A stretch of 64,000 nucleotides of DNA from Casimicrobiaceae bacterium (GCA_035623155.1 DASPTZ010000093.1:3367-67366), one strand, 5' to 3'; numbered from the stretch's first letter, positions 38,515 through 48,408 are shown. Numbers and translations are program-made. The notes: generated by a model not told the origin, from the sequence alone.

Positions 38515-39411
38515 GTGAAGTGGCAAGACATGCGGGAAAGCGAAAATGTCGAAGAGCGTTCGGGCGGAGGTGGTGTCCCTTTCGGCGGCGGAATGCGTCT
38601 GGGAGGAGGGGCGATCCTCGTCATCGTGGTGGTGAGCGTGCTCCTCGGCAAGAATCCTCTGGAAATGCTCGCGTTGTTGGGCGGCGGCGGAGGCCCACCG
38701 GTTCAGACGCAGTCCGTGACTCCCGGACCCGCGGTCTCTGGTCCTCGGCCGGCGGAAGATCCGGAGCGCAGGTTCGTCGCCAAGGTGCTGGGCGACACGG
38801 AAGATTTCTGGAGCAACACCTTCAGCCAGATGGGTGCGCGCTACGAGGCTCCGAGGCTCGACCTGTTCAAGGACAGCGCAGATTCGGCATGCGGTCTCGC
38901 CCAGCCGGCGATCGGCCCGTTCTACTGTCCCGGCGATCGGGAGGTCTATCTCGAGCGCGACTTCTTTCGGGAGTTGTCGCAGCGCTTCGGTGCGCCGGGC
39001 GATTTTGCCCGTGCCTACGTGATAGCCCACGAGGTCGGCCATCATGTCCAGAATCAGCTTGGACTCATGGACAAAGCCCAGGCGAGGATGGCCGCTGCGT
39101 CGGGACCCCAACGCAACGCGCTATCGGTGCGTCTGGAGCTGCAGGCAGACTGCCTTGCCGGTGTATGGGGCAACTCCGCCGCGAAGCGAGGCCTGATCGA
39201 TGCGAGCGACGTCGACTCCGGCATCGCGGCGGCAATGGCTGTCGGCGACGATCGACTGCAGAGAGCCGCGGGCAGGAATGCCGTCGTTCCCGAGCAGTTC
39301 ACCCACGGCTCGTCGCAGCAGCGCGCCGAGTGGTTCAAGATCGGGCTCGAGTCCGGCGACATCAGACAGTGCAACACCTTCGCCTCGGCTGCGTCGGGCC
39401 GCAGCCGCTAG
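38515..39411 (+). CDS. ypfJ: YpfJ-family putative neutral zinc metallopeptidase
   Basis: GTG 38515 after AGGAGGAG. 'MKWQDMRESENVEERS', one TM segment and 'IAHEVGHHVQ' (HExxH). Confidence 0.85.
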   Translation: MKWQDMRESENVEERSGGGGVPFGGGMRLGGGAILVIVVVSVLLGKNPLEMLALLGGGGGPPVQTQSVTPGPAVSGPRPAEDPERRFVAKVLGDTEDFWSNTFSQMGARYEAPRLDLFKDSADSACGLAQPAIGPFYCPGDREVYLERDFFRELSQRFGAPGDFARAYVIAHEVGHHVQNQLGLMDKAQARMAAASGPQRNALSVRLELQADCLAGVWGNSAAKRGLIDASDVDSGIAAAMAVGDDRLQRAAGRNAVVPEQFTHGSSQQRAEWFKIGLESGDIRQCNTFASAASGRSR

Positions 39412-39489
39412 GATCGACTCGCCGGAGCTGGCGCCGCCGTCCGTCCATCGCGCTTTGCGCCGTCACCCGGGCTATAATTGGCAGCCATC

Positions 39490-40428
39490 ATGGATGCTAC
39501 GATACTCCAGAGCCTGCCCAATCTGCTCGCGCCCAAGTATTTCATCCTGTACGCGTTCATTGCGTCGGCCGTCTTCGTTCATTACCGCGGCCGGGTACGC
39601 CACCGCTTCTACCGCCAGCTCACCGATCACTCGACGTTCATGGCGCCGTACAACGTGCTCATGTACATGTTCTCGGCGGTGCCGAACAAGCCGTTCATCG
39701 AGGTCGACAAGTTCCCCGAGCTCAAGAAACTCACCGACAACTGGCAGACGCTGCGACAGGAGGCTCTGCAGCTCTTCGACGAGGGGTACATCCGCGCTGC
39801 GGCGAAGTACAACGACCTCGGGTTCAACTCGTTCTTTCGCCGCGGCTGGAAGCGCTTCTACGTCAAATGGTACGACGAGCCTCTGCCGTCGGCGAAGGCG
39901 CTGTGTCCCAAGACCGTCGAGCTGGTGCAGTCGATTCCGTCGGTGAATGGCGCGATGTTCGCGCTGCTGCCGCCCGGGGGCGACCTGGGGAGGCATCGCG
40001 ACCCCTTCGCCGGCTCGCTGCGCTATCACCTGGGTCTGTCGACGCCCAACTCGGAGAAATGCCGCATTTTCGTCGACGGCGAGCCGTACTACTGGCGCGA
40101 CGGCGAAGCGGTAGTCTTCGACGAGACCTTCATCCACTGGGCGGAGAACAAGACCGACCAGACACGCGTGATCCTGTTCTGCGACGTCGAGCGGCCGCTC
40201 AAGAGCCGGATCATGGCCAAGTTCAATCACTGGTACGAGAGCACGGTGATCCGGGCCAGCCAGACCGAGAACATGGAAGGCGACCGGGTCGGCGTGCTCA
40301 ACCACATCTTCAGCGTCGCGTACTACTTGCGTCTCCCCGGCAAGGCGCTCAAGCGCAAGAGCAAGCTGGCCTACTACGTGGTCAAGTGGGCGATCGTCCT
40401 CGGGCTGCTCTACCTGCTGTTCCGCTGA
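39490..40428 (+). CDS. lpxO: Aspartyl/asparaginyl beta-hydroxylase-family Fe(II)/2-OG dioxygenase, LpxO-like lipid hydroxylase
   Basis: N-terminal TM 'YFILYAFIASAVFVHYRGRVRHRF', 'GGDLGRHRDPFAGSLRYHLGL' and a C-terminal TM. Architecture matches LpxO/OlsC. Confidence 0.65.
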   Translation: MDATILQSLPNLLAPKYFILYAFIASAVFVHYRGRVRHRFYRQLTDHSTFMAPYNVLMYMFSAVPNKPFIEVDKFPELKKLTDNWQTLRQEALQLFDEGYIRAAAKYNDLGFNSFFRRGWKRFYVKWYDEPLPSAKALCPKTVELVQSIPSVNGAMFALLPPGGDLGRHRDPFAGSLRYHLGLSTPNSEKCRIFVDGEPYYWRDGEAVVFDETFIHWAENKTDQTRVILFCDVERPLKSRIMAKFNHWYESTVIRASQTENMEGDRVGVLNHIFSVAYYLRLPGKALKRKSKLAYYVVKWAIVLGLLYLLFR

Positions 40429-40474
40429 GCAGGGTCGAGTTCGTCGGAACCAAAGCGCCGGACACAGAGGTTGC

Positions 40475-41455
40475 GTGTCGCTCGCCGTGATCGCTCGCGT
40501 CGCCATTGCGCTGCTCGCGCCGTTGGTTCTGGCGGCGCCGGTTACTGCCCAGGACGCGTATCCCGCGAAAGCGATTGCGATCGTCGTTCCGTTTCCTCCG
40601 GGAGGCGTCGCCGACATCGTGGCGCGTCCAGTGGCCGAGGCGATGAGTCGCCTGATGGGCGTGCCGGTCATCGTCGAGAACAAGCCCGGCGCCGGCGGCG
40701 GCATCGGCATGAGCTACGTCGCCAAGGCCAAGCCCGATGGATACACGCTGCTGCTTGCGTTGTCCTCGATATCGATCCTGCCGGAGGCCGACAGAGTCAC
40801 CGGCCGCTCGCCCATGTATCAGCTCGGCGACTTCGTTCCGATCGCCCGACTGACGGCCGACCCCACCGTCCTCGCGGTGCGCAGCGACAGCCCGTGGAAG
40901 ACGCTGGCCGAGTTCGTCGCCGACGCCAAGAAGCGCCCCGGCGCGATCACTTACGGATCCTCGGGCAATTACGGCACCATGCACATGCCGATGGAGATGT
41001 TCGCGGCGAGCGCCGGCATCAAGTTGCTTCACGTACCATACACGGGAGGCGGTCCGGCGGTCGTCGGCTTGCTCGGCGGCAACGTCGACGCGCTTTCGAC
41101 CGGGCCGTCGACGGTGATCCAGCATGCGAAGGCGGGCAAAGTGCGCCTGCTCGCATCGTGGGGGGACAAGCGGCTCGCCTCGTTGCCCGACGTGCCGACG
41201 CTACTGGAATCCGGCTATGACGCGGTGTTCTTCCAGTGGTCCGGCCTGTTCGCGCCTATGGGCACCCCGGAGCCGATCCTCGCCAAGCTGCGCGAGGCGG
41301 CGCGCATCGCCGCGGCCGACCCGAAGTTCGTCGCCGCGATGGCGACCGTCGAGACGCCGGTTCAGTATCTCGACGCGGCCGATCTTCAGCGCTTCTGGGA
41401 CGTCGATGCGAAAAAGCTCGGCGAAGCCGTCAGGAGGGTCGGCAAGCTCGAGTGA
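40475..41455 (+). CDS. Bug/TctC-family tripartite tricarboxylate transporter substrate-binding protein
   Basis: Signal peptide. 'YPAKAIAIVVPFPPGGVADIVARP' and 'VENKPGAGGGIG' are hallmarks of the Bug family. Confidence 0.85.
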   Translation: MSLAVIARVAIALLAPLVLAAPVTAQDAYPAKAIAIVVPFPPGGVADIVARPVAEAMSRLMGVPVIVENKPGAGGGIGMSYVAKAKPDGYTLLLALSSISILPEADRVTGRSPMYQLGDFVPIARLTADPTVLAVRSDSPWKTLAEFVADAKKRPGAITYGSSGNYGTMHMPMEMFAASAGIKLLHVPYTGGGPAVVGLLGGNVDALSTGPSTVIQHAKAGKVRLLASWGDKRLASLPDVPTLLESGYDAVFFQWSGLFAPMGTPEPILAKLREAARIAAADPKFVAAMATVETPVQYLDAADLQRFWDVDAKKLGEAVRRVGKLE

Positions 41456-41525
41456 TCAGCGGCGGCTCGGGTCTGGCGCGCAATCGTTCGCGCATCGCTG
41501 CGGCTTGCGAATCGAAGGAGCGGGC

Positions 41526-41810
41526 CTACCGTCTCATGTCGCTGACGATCCAGATGACGAATCCCACGGCGATCGCCCCCCACAGGATCGCCATCATGCG
41601 CGACTGCGTGTAGTACTCCCACATCACCGTGTTGACGGAGCACAGGAACACCACCGCCACCTTGAGCAGGCGGGTGCCCGCCTCGTCATAGGTCAGTCTC
41701 TTCGACCTGACCGGCGGCACGTAGCTCGGCGGGCGGACCACCGGGCGAGCACCTGCCGCGCCAGGATCCCGGTCCCGATCCTTCGCGCGATAAATGCTGC
41801 GTAGCTTCAT
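41526..41810 (-). CDS. Hypothetical small membrane protein
   Basis: 94 aa with high GC3. Two C-terminal TM segments. Lies 40 nt downstream of the lipase gene on the same strand. Confidence 0.45.
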   Translation of the reverse strand: MKLRSIYRAKDRDRDPGAAGARPVVRPPSYVPPVRSKRLTYDEAGTRLLKVAVVFLCSVNTVMWEYYTQSRMMAILWGAIAVGFVIWIVSDMRR

Positions 41811-41850
41811 TTGTCGACTAGTTTAGCGCATCGGCAAACCGCTCGCCGAA

Positions 41851-42765
41851 TCAATTCTGGCGCTCCCGCAGAATTGCCGAGACATAGTTGATCGGCGCGT
41901 GATCCGCAGCATCGCGCAGCAAGACGTTGCCCGGCCGCCATGCATACCTGACGATGTAGCCCCACCGCGCACGGTTGCAATCGCGATCGATGGCATCCTG
42001 CGTCGGATCGACCAGCTCGACGCCATTGCGATCGATATACCGCGCCTTGCCGACGTGGGTATAGGTAAGTATTCTCGGCAGTCGCGTGATCACGTCGCAG
42101 CAGTTGACGAACCGGTGCACTTCCGTGCCGGCGAGCAGCGCCACGAACTGCTCGTCGCCGACCCGGGAGGATCCGAGCGTCACCAGCGTGCTCGGCTTGA
42201 GCACGGTCGCACAGAGCGTTGCCAGGCCGGCGCCCAGGCTGTGGCCGGCGAGCAGCAAGGGACGTCGCCCGATGCGCTCGTGCCATTCGCGCAGCGGCTC
42301 GCGCAACTCCTCGAACTGCCTGGCGAATCCCTCGTGGACATTTCCGCCCTCGGGCCATGGCGCCAGCAACAATTCCAGATCGATCTCGATGTCCTTGAAC
42401 TTGGTGGGCCGCGTGCCGCGAAACGCGATCAAGCCCTCGTTGCCGGACACGTGCACGGCCGCCATGGCGTGGCCTTTCTCCTTGCTGCCGGCGAAGTATT
42501 CGACGTGTTCGAAGCCGACGATGCGGAGCGCTGATTCGATGATCTGCCGGCTCTGCGCGTCCTCCTCGAACCTGAAGTAGGACAGCCGGGCCGCTTCCGC
42601 GCCGATCATGGCGCGGTCGTAGGTCTTCCCCGCCTGGAACCGCGGCGGTATCAACTCCGGGAAGCAGAGATCCTCGAGCGATGCATCGTAGTTCATGCCT
42701 ATATCCGATTCATCCGACGACCACCTCATCGCTCGCCTGCCGTGCGCGTACGGGGCCATCGCCAA
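41851..42765 (-). CDS. Class 3 lipase-family protein
   Basis: 'LIAFRGT' and 'LLLAGHSLGAGLATLCA' (GHSLG nucleophile). Start uncertain: 42765 or ATG 42696 (MNYDASL). Confidence 0.7.
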   Translation of the reverse strand: MAMAPYAHGRRAMRWSSDESDIGMNYDASLEDLCFPELIPPRFQAGKTYDRAMIGAEAARLSYFRFEEDAQSRQIIESALRIVGFEHVEYFAGSKEKGHAMAAVHVSGNEGLIAFRGTRPTKFKDIEIDLELLLAPWPEGGNVHEGFARQFEELREPLREWHERIGRRPLLLAGHSLGAGLATLCATVLKPSTLVTLGSSRVGDEQFVALLAGTEVHRFVNCCDVITRLPRILTYTHVGKARYIDRNGVELVDPTQDAIDRDCNRARWGYIVRYAWRPGNVLLRDAADHAPINYVSAILRERQN

Positions 42766-43649
42766 CGGGCCACGATGATACTACCCCGGCGAGGCATAGC
42801 TCGGCTCACCCGATCGGGTGACCTCACAGGGTGACTCGCCTCACCCGCCGATTCACCCTCCCCTGTCGTGATGAGAGAAACGGGCGACGAATTGCGGCTG
42901 CGATTCGACTAACCTGCACTCATGGATCGATTGCACGACGAAATCGAAGGACGCAGAAGCGGCGGCCCATCGATGAGCGCAGACCGATCCGTCCGCGGGC
43001 GATGAGTCGAGACAAAGGGCGAGGCAATGAATAGAGCAGCGAATCTACTGAGAGCAGTCGCATTCGTGCTTTCCACAGTCATCAGCGCTGGGATCTTCGG
43101 CGGCTTCGTGGTGTGGGCGGTCTCCACGCTGGACCCGGCGACGCAGGAAGTCATCGGGCTGGCGAGCTCACCGTGGTTCACCGCTCGGGCTTATGCGGGT
43201 CTCACACGCACGGGCAGTGGAAGCATTGGCGACCGGCGTGGCGAATCCAGGCCATCCTCGGCATCGGCAGTAGCACGGCCATAACGCTGCACCTCGTGGA
43301 GATTCGAGATCATGCGCATCCAACAAGCCACGCTCGCCGCCGCGGTCGCCTTATCGTCCTTTCCTTCTCCGACAGCGACGATCCTCGGCGCGTTGCTGTT
43401 CGCGGGGCTCGGCGGCTGGGCCAGGATGTCCGGGTCGCTTGGCGGCCTCCCACCGGAGGCACCACCCTTGAACTTGGCACGCCACGCGCAGAGCTAGGTT
43501 GCGCACCCGCAGTCGATCCTGCAAAGTACGCTCGGCGCGCGGTCATCGAACGGCCGCCGCGCAGCGTTCCGGGAGAAGGCTATGACCGCAAGGTCGCCGA
43601 TGTTGACCGCGCGCGACTATGTCGACGTGGTCCATGCCTGTGGGGCGCG

Positions 43650-44267
43650 ATGAAGAAGGACATCGACCGGGCATTCCGGAGCGGCAGCACGACTTATGGC
43701 GGGACGGCGTTCCTCGAGGGCCTGATGCGGGTGTGGAACGCCGACGCTCGCCTGACGCTGATCGGCCACAGTGCCGGCACGGTGTACATCGATCGCATGC
43801 TTAAGGCGATGGATCAGAGGCTTCCGCCCGAGATCAAGGCGGACATCGTGTTCATCGCCGCGGCGCTTGCCTTCGACAGGTTCGCCGCGACCATCGACAC
43901 GGCGGTCCTCCGGCGCCGAGTAAGGAATTACCGGTTGTTTGCGCTAAAGGAGGAGTGCGAAGCCGGTTACTGGGAGGTTCCGGGCGTCTACGACAAGTCG
44001 CTTCTTTACCTGCTCTCGGCGCTCTGCGAGTGCGATCCCGAGGCGGACAAGGCGCTTCTCGGGATGCAGCGCTATTGGAGCGGAACGCCGCCCTACAATA
44101 CGCCGGACATACGTACTGTGACGACACAGATTGTTCCGAGTGCTCGCGTCTGGTCGCCGACCGATCCCCTTGCGCCGGCCGGCTTTCGCGCCAATGCGCG
44201 CGAGCACGGCGGATTCGCGGAGGAGCCCAAGACGAACCAAAGCGTCCAGAGATTCCTCCGCTCATGA
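43650..44267 (+). CDS. Alpha/beta-hydrolase-like protein (GHSAG), short, possibly N-terminally truncated
   Basis: The high-GC3 frame begins at ATG 43650 (MKKDIDRAF). 'LTLIGHSAGTVYIDRML'. The upstream part of ORF 43113-44267 has poor GC3. Confidence 0.5.
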   Translation: MKKDIDRAFRSGSTTYGGTAFLEGLMRVWNADARLTLIGHSAGTVYIDRMLKAMDQRLPPEIKADIVFIAAALAFDRFAATIDTAVLRRRVRNYRLFALKEECEAGYWEVPGVYDKSLLYLLSALCECDPEADKALLGMQRYWSGTPPYNTPDIRTVTTQIVPSARVWSPTDPLAPAGFRANAREHGGFAEEPKTNQSVQRFLRS

Positions 44268-44277
44268 GATCCGCAAC

Positions 44278-45837
44278 ATGAGAGTCGGCATCATCTCGGT
44301 ATTCACCGACTACCACCGGCGAGGGCGGCATCACCGCGGGTTCCTGCAGCCGCAGGTCGGCGCGTTGATCGCCGCCTTGCTCCCCCCCGACGTCGACTGC
44401 GAACTTGTCAACGATACGTGGAGCGACCCGGACTTTTCGCGCGACTACGATCTGCTGTTCCTGTCCTGTCTGCATTCGGAATTCGACCGAGCTCGGCAAA
44501 TTTCGCACTACTGGCGCCGGAGTGGTGCCAAGACGGTGCTTGGCGGCCCGATGGCGACTCTGTACCCCGAGCTGTGCGAACCGTTCTTCGATGCGGTGGT
44601 GTGCGGCGACCCCGAAGGGACCGTCCCTGTCGTCCACCGAGACTTCTCCCGAAACGAGCTCAAGCGCCGCTACCGTGCGCCACAGACGGCGCGGCACGCT
44701 CCACCGACGCCGAGGTTCGATCTGATGGCACGCCAGCAGGTCGCACTGCAGAGCATGGAGATCACGCGGGGCTGTCCCTTCAGCTGCCGCTTCTGTACGC
44801 TCACCGCCACGGGCACGCGCTTCCTGACCCGCGATCTCGACGACGTGCGCCGCGACCTCCGGGCGGCGGCGCGCGTCGCCGCGCCCAGCCTGTCGCCGCT
44901 CAAGCGCGCCTTCGCGGCGTTCTACGACAACAATCTCGGAGGCAATCTCGCCTATCTTCGGGCGTTCTGTGCGGCCATCGAGCCCTTCGACCTCACGTGG
45001 GCAACGTGCGTCACCTTCAACGTCATCGCCCAGGAAGAGCTGGTCGCTACGATGGCGAGAAGCGGCTGCCGCTACCTCTTTGTGGGACTGGAGAGCTTCG
45101 ACCAGGAAACACTGGTGTCTATGGAGAAGCGTCAGAACGTGGTGCGCAAGGTCCGCGACGCCATCGAGCGTTGCCACCGCCATGGCATACTGCTTGCCTC
45201 CGGGCTGATGCTCAGTCCGGCCAACGACACCCGCGCCTACCTGGAATCGATCCCGAGTCGACTCGACGAATGCGGGCTGATCATGCCGGCGTACATCTCC
45301 TTCGAGACGCCGTTCCCCGGCACGCCGCATTTCCACGACATGGCACGCGATGGGCTCAAACTGCTGCCCAACGCGCTGCTGCAGGATTTCAACGCCTATA
45401 CGCTGGTCAGCGAGCCGCGTCACATGAGCGCGAACGAATTTGTCGCGGCCTATAAGCGGCTGCATAGCGAGGTGTATTCGCTGGGCCGCGCGTGCAGGAA
45501 GGTGACGAGCGATGTGGTTTCGCTCCTGCGCGGCGGGTCGATGTTCTCGCCGCTCGCCGCTGCCTACGAGTCGTTGTTCGACCGGCAGCCGTTGCCCGCG
45601 CACCGCGCGTTCATCACCGGCCAGGAGCCACCCTACCCGGAGGCGCACTCCGTGCCGCTCACCGATGCCGACTTCGATTCGGAACCGCAGCGCGCAGCGG
45701 TGATGGAGCCGTGGCGGGTGAGCGACGCGCGCGGCGAGATCTTGCCCATGTGGAAGAGCAGGGGGGAGGCGAAGGTGCTGCCCACCGGGCTTAAGCGCTC
45801 GCGAAGGAGTGGCGGCGTCTCGGTGGCGGTCCGATGA
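44278..45837 (+). CDS. Radical SAM protein with N-terminal B12-binding-like (Rossmann) domain
   Basis: ATG 44278, 10 nt after the hydrolase stop. 'EITRGCPFSCRFCT' (CxxxCxxC). The N-terminal roughly 130 aa are class-B-like. Confidence 0.8.
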   Translation: MRVGIISVFTDYHRRGRHHRGFLQPQVGALIAALLPPDVDCELVNDTWSDPDFSRDYDLLFLSCLHSEFDRARQISHYWRRSGAKTVLGGPMATLYPELCEPFFDAVVCGDPEGTVPVVHRDFSRNELKRRYRAPQTARHAPPTPRFDLMARQQVALQSMEITRGCPFSCRFCTLTATGTRFLTRDLDDVRRDLRAAARVAAPSLSPLKRAFAAFYDNNLGGNLAYLRAFCAAIEPFDLTWATCVTFNVIAQEELVATMARSGCRYLFVGLESFDQETLVSMEKRQNVVRKVRDAIERCHRHGILLASGLMLSPANDTRAYLESIPSRLDECGLIMPAYISFETPFPGTPHFHDMARDGLKLLPNALLQDFNAYTLVSEPRHMSANEFVAAYKRLHSEVYSLGRACRKVTSDVVSLLRGGSMFSPLAAAYESLFDRQPLPAHRAFITGQEPPYPEAHSVPLTDADFDSEPQRAAVMEPWRVSDARGEILPMWKSRGEAKVLPTGLKRSRRSGGVSVAVR

Positions 45838-47663
45838 AGCCTTCCGACTCGGTGCCGATAGCCGCCGGCGATACGTCTCTCGACGGCCTCGTCCAGGCCG
45901 AACAGGTTCGGCTGCTCTACGGCGGGCTGCTGGTTTCCACCTTCGGCGTGCTGCTGGCCGTCGCAGTCGTGGTTCTGGTGTTCTGGCGCGTCGTTCCTGC
46001 GCATCTGCTGGTCGGATGGGCCGCTTGCATGGTGGCCAATCAGATATGGCGCCTCTATCTGCGATATCGCTTCAGCCGCCATCGCCTCGACAAGCTTGAC
46101 CTCGGCCGCTGGTCGACGCTGTGGGCGATCGGCTCGGGGATTTCGGGGGTGCTTTGGGGCGCCGCCTCGTTCCTGCTGTTCGTGCCTGGCTCTCCCGTGC
46201 ACCAGGCCTTCCTGATGGCGATGGTGATCAGCGTCACCTCCGCCGGGGTGTTGCTGATCGGCGCGCATTTGCAATCCTTCTACGCGTTCATCGTGCCGGC
46301 GGTCGTCCCGCTGGTTTTTCGCAACCTGATCGAAGGAACCACGGACAGCCTCACCCTCGCGCTGATCGCATTCGTTTCGGGCTTGGCGCTCTTTTCCTTC
46401 GGGCGGAACTACAACCGCATCCTCACCGAGTCGCTGCGCAACCGGTTCCAGAATGAGGCGATGACGCGCCGGCTCGAGTCTCAGAACGAGGAGCTCGAGC
46501 GTGCGCGCAAGGCGGCCGAGGCCGCCCGGGCGCAGGCAGAAGCAGCCAACCGCTCCAGGACCCAGTTCTTCGCTGCGGCCAACCACGATCTGCGCCAGCC
46601 CCTTCATGCGATGGGGCTGCTCGCGGGCTCGCTCGCCGAGAAGGTGAAGGATCCCGACGTCGTCGCGCTCACCAACACGATCAGCGCGTCGATGGAGGCG
46701 CTGGAAGGATTGTTCAACGAGCTGCTGGACATGTCGAGGCTTGATTCCGGGACGATCACCCCGAACCCGTCCCACTTCCCGATTCGGCAGCTCTTCGAGA
46801 AACTACGGCTGGATTTCGAGGCAGAGGCCGCGATGAAGGGCCTGGCGCTTCGCTTTCGCGCTAACGGAAGGTTCCTGTACAGCGACCCGGTCCTTTTCGA
46901 GCGCATCCTGCGCAACCTGATTGCCAACGCCATTCGCTACACCGCAAGCGGCGGCGTGCTGGTCGCCTGCCGCAACCGCGGCGGACGTCCGTGGCTGGAG
47001 GTGTGGGATACGGGCTCGGGCATTCCCGAGGACCAGCGCGAGCGCGTTTTCGAGGAGTTCGTGCAGCTCGAGAATCCCGCGCGGGACCGACGCAAGGGAA
47101 TGGGGCTGGGGTTGTCGATTGTTCGCAGGCTGTGCAATCTCCTGGGACACGAGCTCGTGTTGGAGTCGCGCGTTGGAAAGGGGTCGGTGTTCCGCCTCCA
47201 GGTGCCGCCGGGAAGAGAGGTTGCCCGGCCGGCTCGGCGCGCGGCTGAAGCGGCGGCGCGTGCGGACCTGCTTGCCGGAAAGCGCGTCGTAGTCATCGAG
47301 GACGACGCCGAAGTCCAGGCCGGCATGACGGCCTTGCTCAGCGGCTGGGGCATGGAGGTCAGCGTCTATTCGAGCGCAGGCGATGCCGACACGGCTTGCT
47401 CCATGATGACCAAGGCGCCAGACCTGATCATCGCCGACTATCGGCTACCCGGTGCGAGGAACGGCCTTGACGCCGTCGAGTCGATCCGCGGGGCGATGGG
47501 ACATTCCATCCCCGCCATTCTCATGACCGGCAGCGCCGACCCCCAGATCGTGGCGATGGCCGAGGAGAAGGGCTTCCATTACCTGCTCAAGCCGGTGATG
47601 CCAGCCAAGCTGCGCACGCTGGTGAGCTTCAAGCTCAAGGGCAGCACAGCGGCGCACTATTGA
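45834..47663 (+). CDS. Hybrid sensor histidine kinase/response regulator with polytopic membrane sensor domain
   Basis: ATGA overlap with the radical SAM stop. About 6 TM segments. H-box 'FFAAANHDLRQPLHAM', 'WDTGSGIPEDQRERVFEEF', 'GMGLGLSIV' and receiver 'LIIADYRLPG...LLKP'. Confidence 0.85.
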   Translation: MKPSDSVPIAAGDTSLDGLVQAEQVRLLYGGLLVSTFGVLLAVAVVVLVFWRVVPAHLLVGWAACMVANQIWRLYLRYRFSRHRLDKLDLGRWSTLWAIGSGISGVLWGAASFLLFVPGSPVHQAFLMAMVISVTSAGVLLIGAHLQSFYAFIVPAVVPLVFRNLIEGTTDSLTLALIAFVSGLALFSFGRNYNRILTESLRNRFQNEAMTRRLESQNEELERARKAAEAARAQAEAANRSRTQFFAAANHDLRQPLHAMGLLAGSLAEKVKDPDVVALTNTISASMEALEGLFNELLDMSRLDSGTITPNPSHFPIRQLFEKLRLDFEAEAAMKGLALRFRANGRFLYSDPVLFERILRNLIANAIRYTASGGVLVACRNRGGRPWLEVWDTGSGIPEDQRERVFEEFVQLENPARDRRKGMGLGLSIVRRLCNLLGHELVLESRVGKGSVFRLQVPPGREVARPARRAAEAAARADLLAGKRVVVIEDDAEVQAGMTALLSGWGMEVSVYSSAGDADTACSMMTKAPDLIIADYRLPGARNGLDAVESIRGAMGHSIPAILMTGSADPQIVAMAEEKGFHYLLKPVMPAKLRTLVSFKLKGSTAAHY

Positions 47664-47691
47664 CTGCGGCGCTCTCGCGGGAAGTCCGCGC

Positions 47692-48408
47692 TTACGGCGA
47701 GTCGCTCGAACTGCTCCGCTGGTAATCGACGCGGAAGCCGCTGCGTTGCGCGGCGATCACCGCCTGGGTGCGGTTCGAGGCGTTGAGCGCGCGGAAGATC
47801 GCCCCGACGTGACTCTTGACGGTATTCGCCGAAAGGCCGAGCTCGCGGCAGATCAGCTTGTTGGGCATTCCCTTGACGAGCAGATTCAGCACGTCGCGCT
47901 GGCGCTTTGACAGGCTTGAGACTCCCGGCGACGGTCCATAGCGAGCGTCCAATTCCGGTTCACGGAGCACGGTTCCCTCGCGCCGCAATTGTTTTGCAGG
48001 ATGCACGGCGTGCTTCTCCAAAGCTTGCGGAGGAATGTAGATACCGCCCGCAAGCACGAGTTCGAGAGCACGCGTCAGCACTTCGCGGTGCGACGTCTTG
48101 GGGATGAAACCCATCGCTCCCAGGTCGAGCGCCTCGAGAACCGTCTCGCGGTCGTCGGAGGCCGAGATGACGACCACCGGCGTGACCGGCGCCAGGGAGC
48201 GGAAGCGATGCAGTGACTCGAGGTGGCCGTAGCCGGGTATGCCCAGGTCGAGCAGCACCAGGTCGAACGACTCACCGCTGCCGGCCGCCGCTTCGAATTT
48301 CTGGAGCGACTCGAAGCCGCTGACCGACGGCCTTCGCTCCATCGACGAAATGATGACGGACAACGCATCCAGCACGAAGGGATGGTCGTCGATGATCGCA
48401 AAGTGCAT
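47692..48408 (-). CDS. LuxR/FixJ-family response regulator
   Basis: Receiver 'FAIIDDHP...LVLLDLGIPG...FIPK'. HTH 'LSKRQRDVLNLLVKGMPNKLICRELGLSANTVKSHV'. Confidence 0.85.
   Translation of the reverse strand: MHFAIIDDHPFVLDALSVIISSMERRPSVSGFESLQKFEAAAGSGESFDLVLLDLGIPGYGHLESLHRFRSLAPVTPVVVISASDDRETVLEALDLGAMGFIPKTSHREVLTRALELVLAGGIYIPPQALEKHAVHPAKQLRREGTVLREPELDARYGPSPGVSSLSKRQRDVLNLLVKGMPNKLICRELGLSANTVKSHVGAIFRALNASNRTQAVIAAQRSGFRVDYQRSSSSDSP

Noticed and set aside
43027-43284. 85-aa ORF with one predicted TM segment (MNRAANLLRAVAFVLSTVISAGIFGGFVVWAV...).
   Set aside because: GC3 is only moderate, the RBS is weak, and there is no family match. It lies within the degenerate patch and is mentioned in that finding only.
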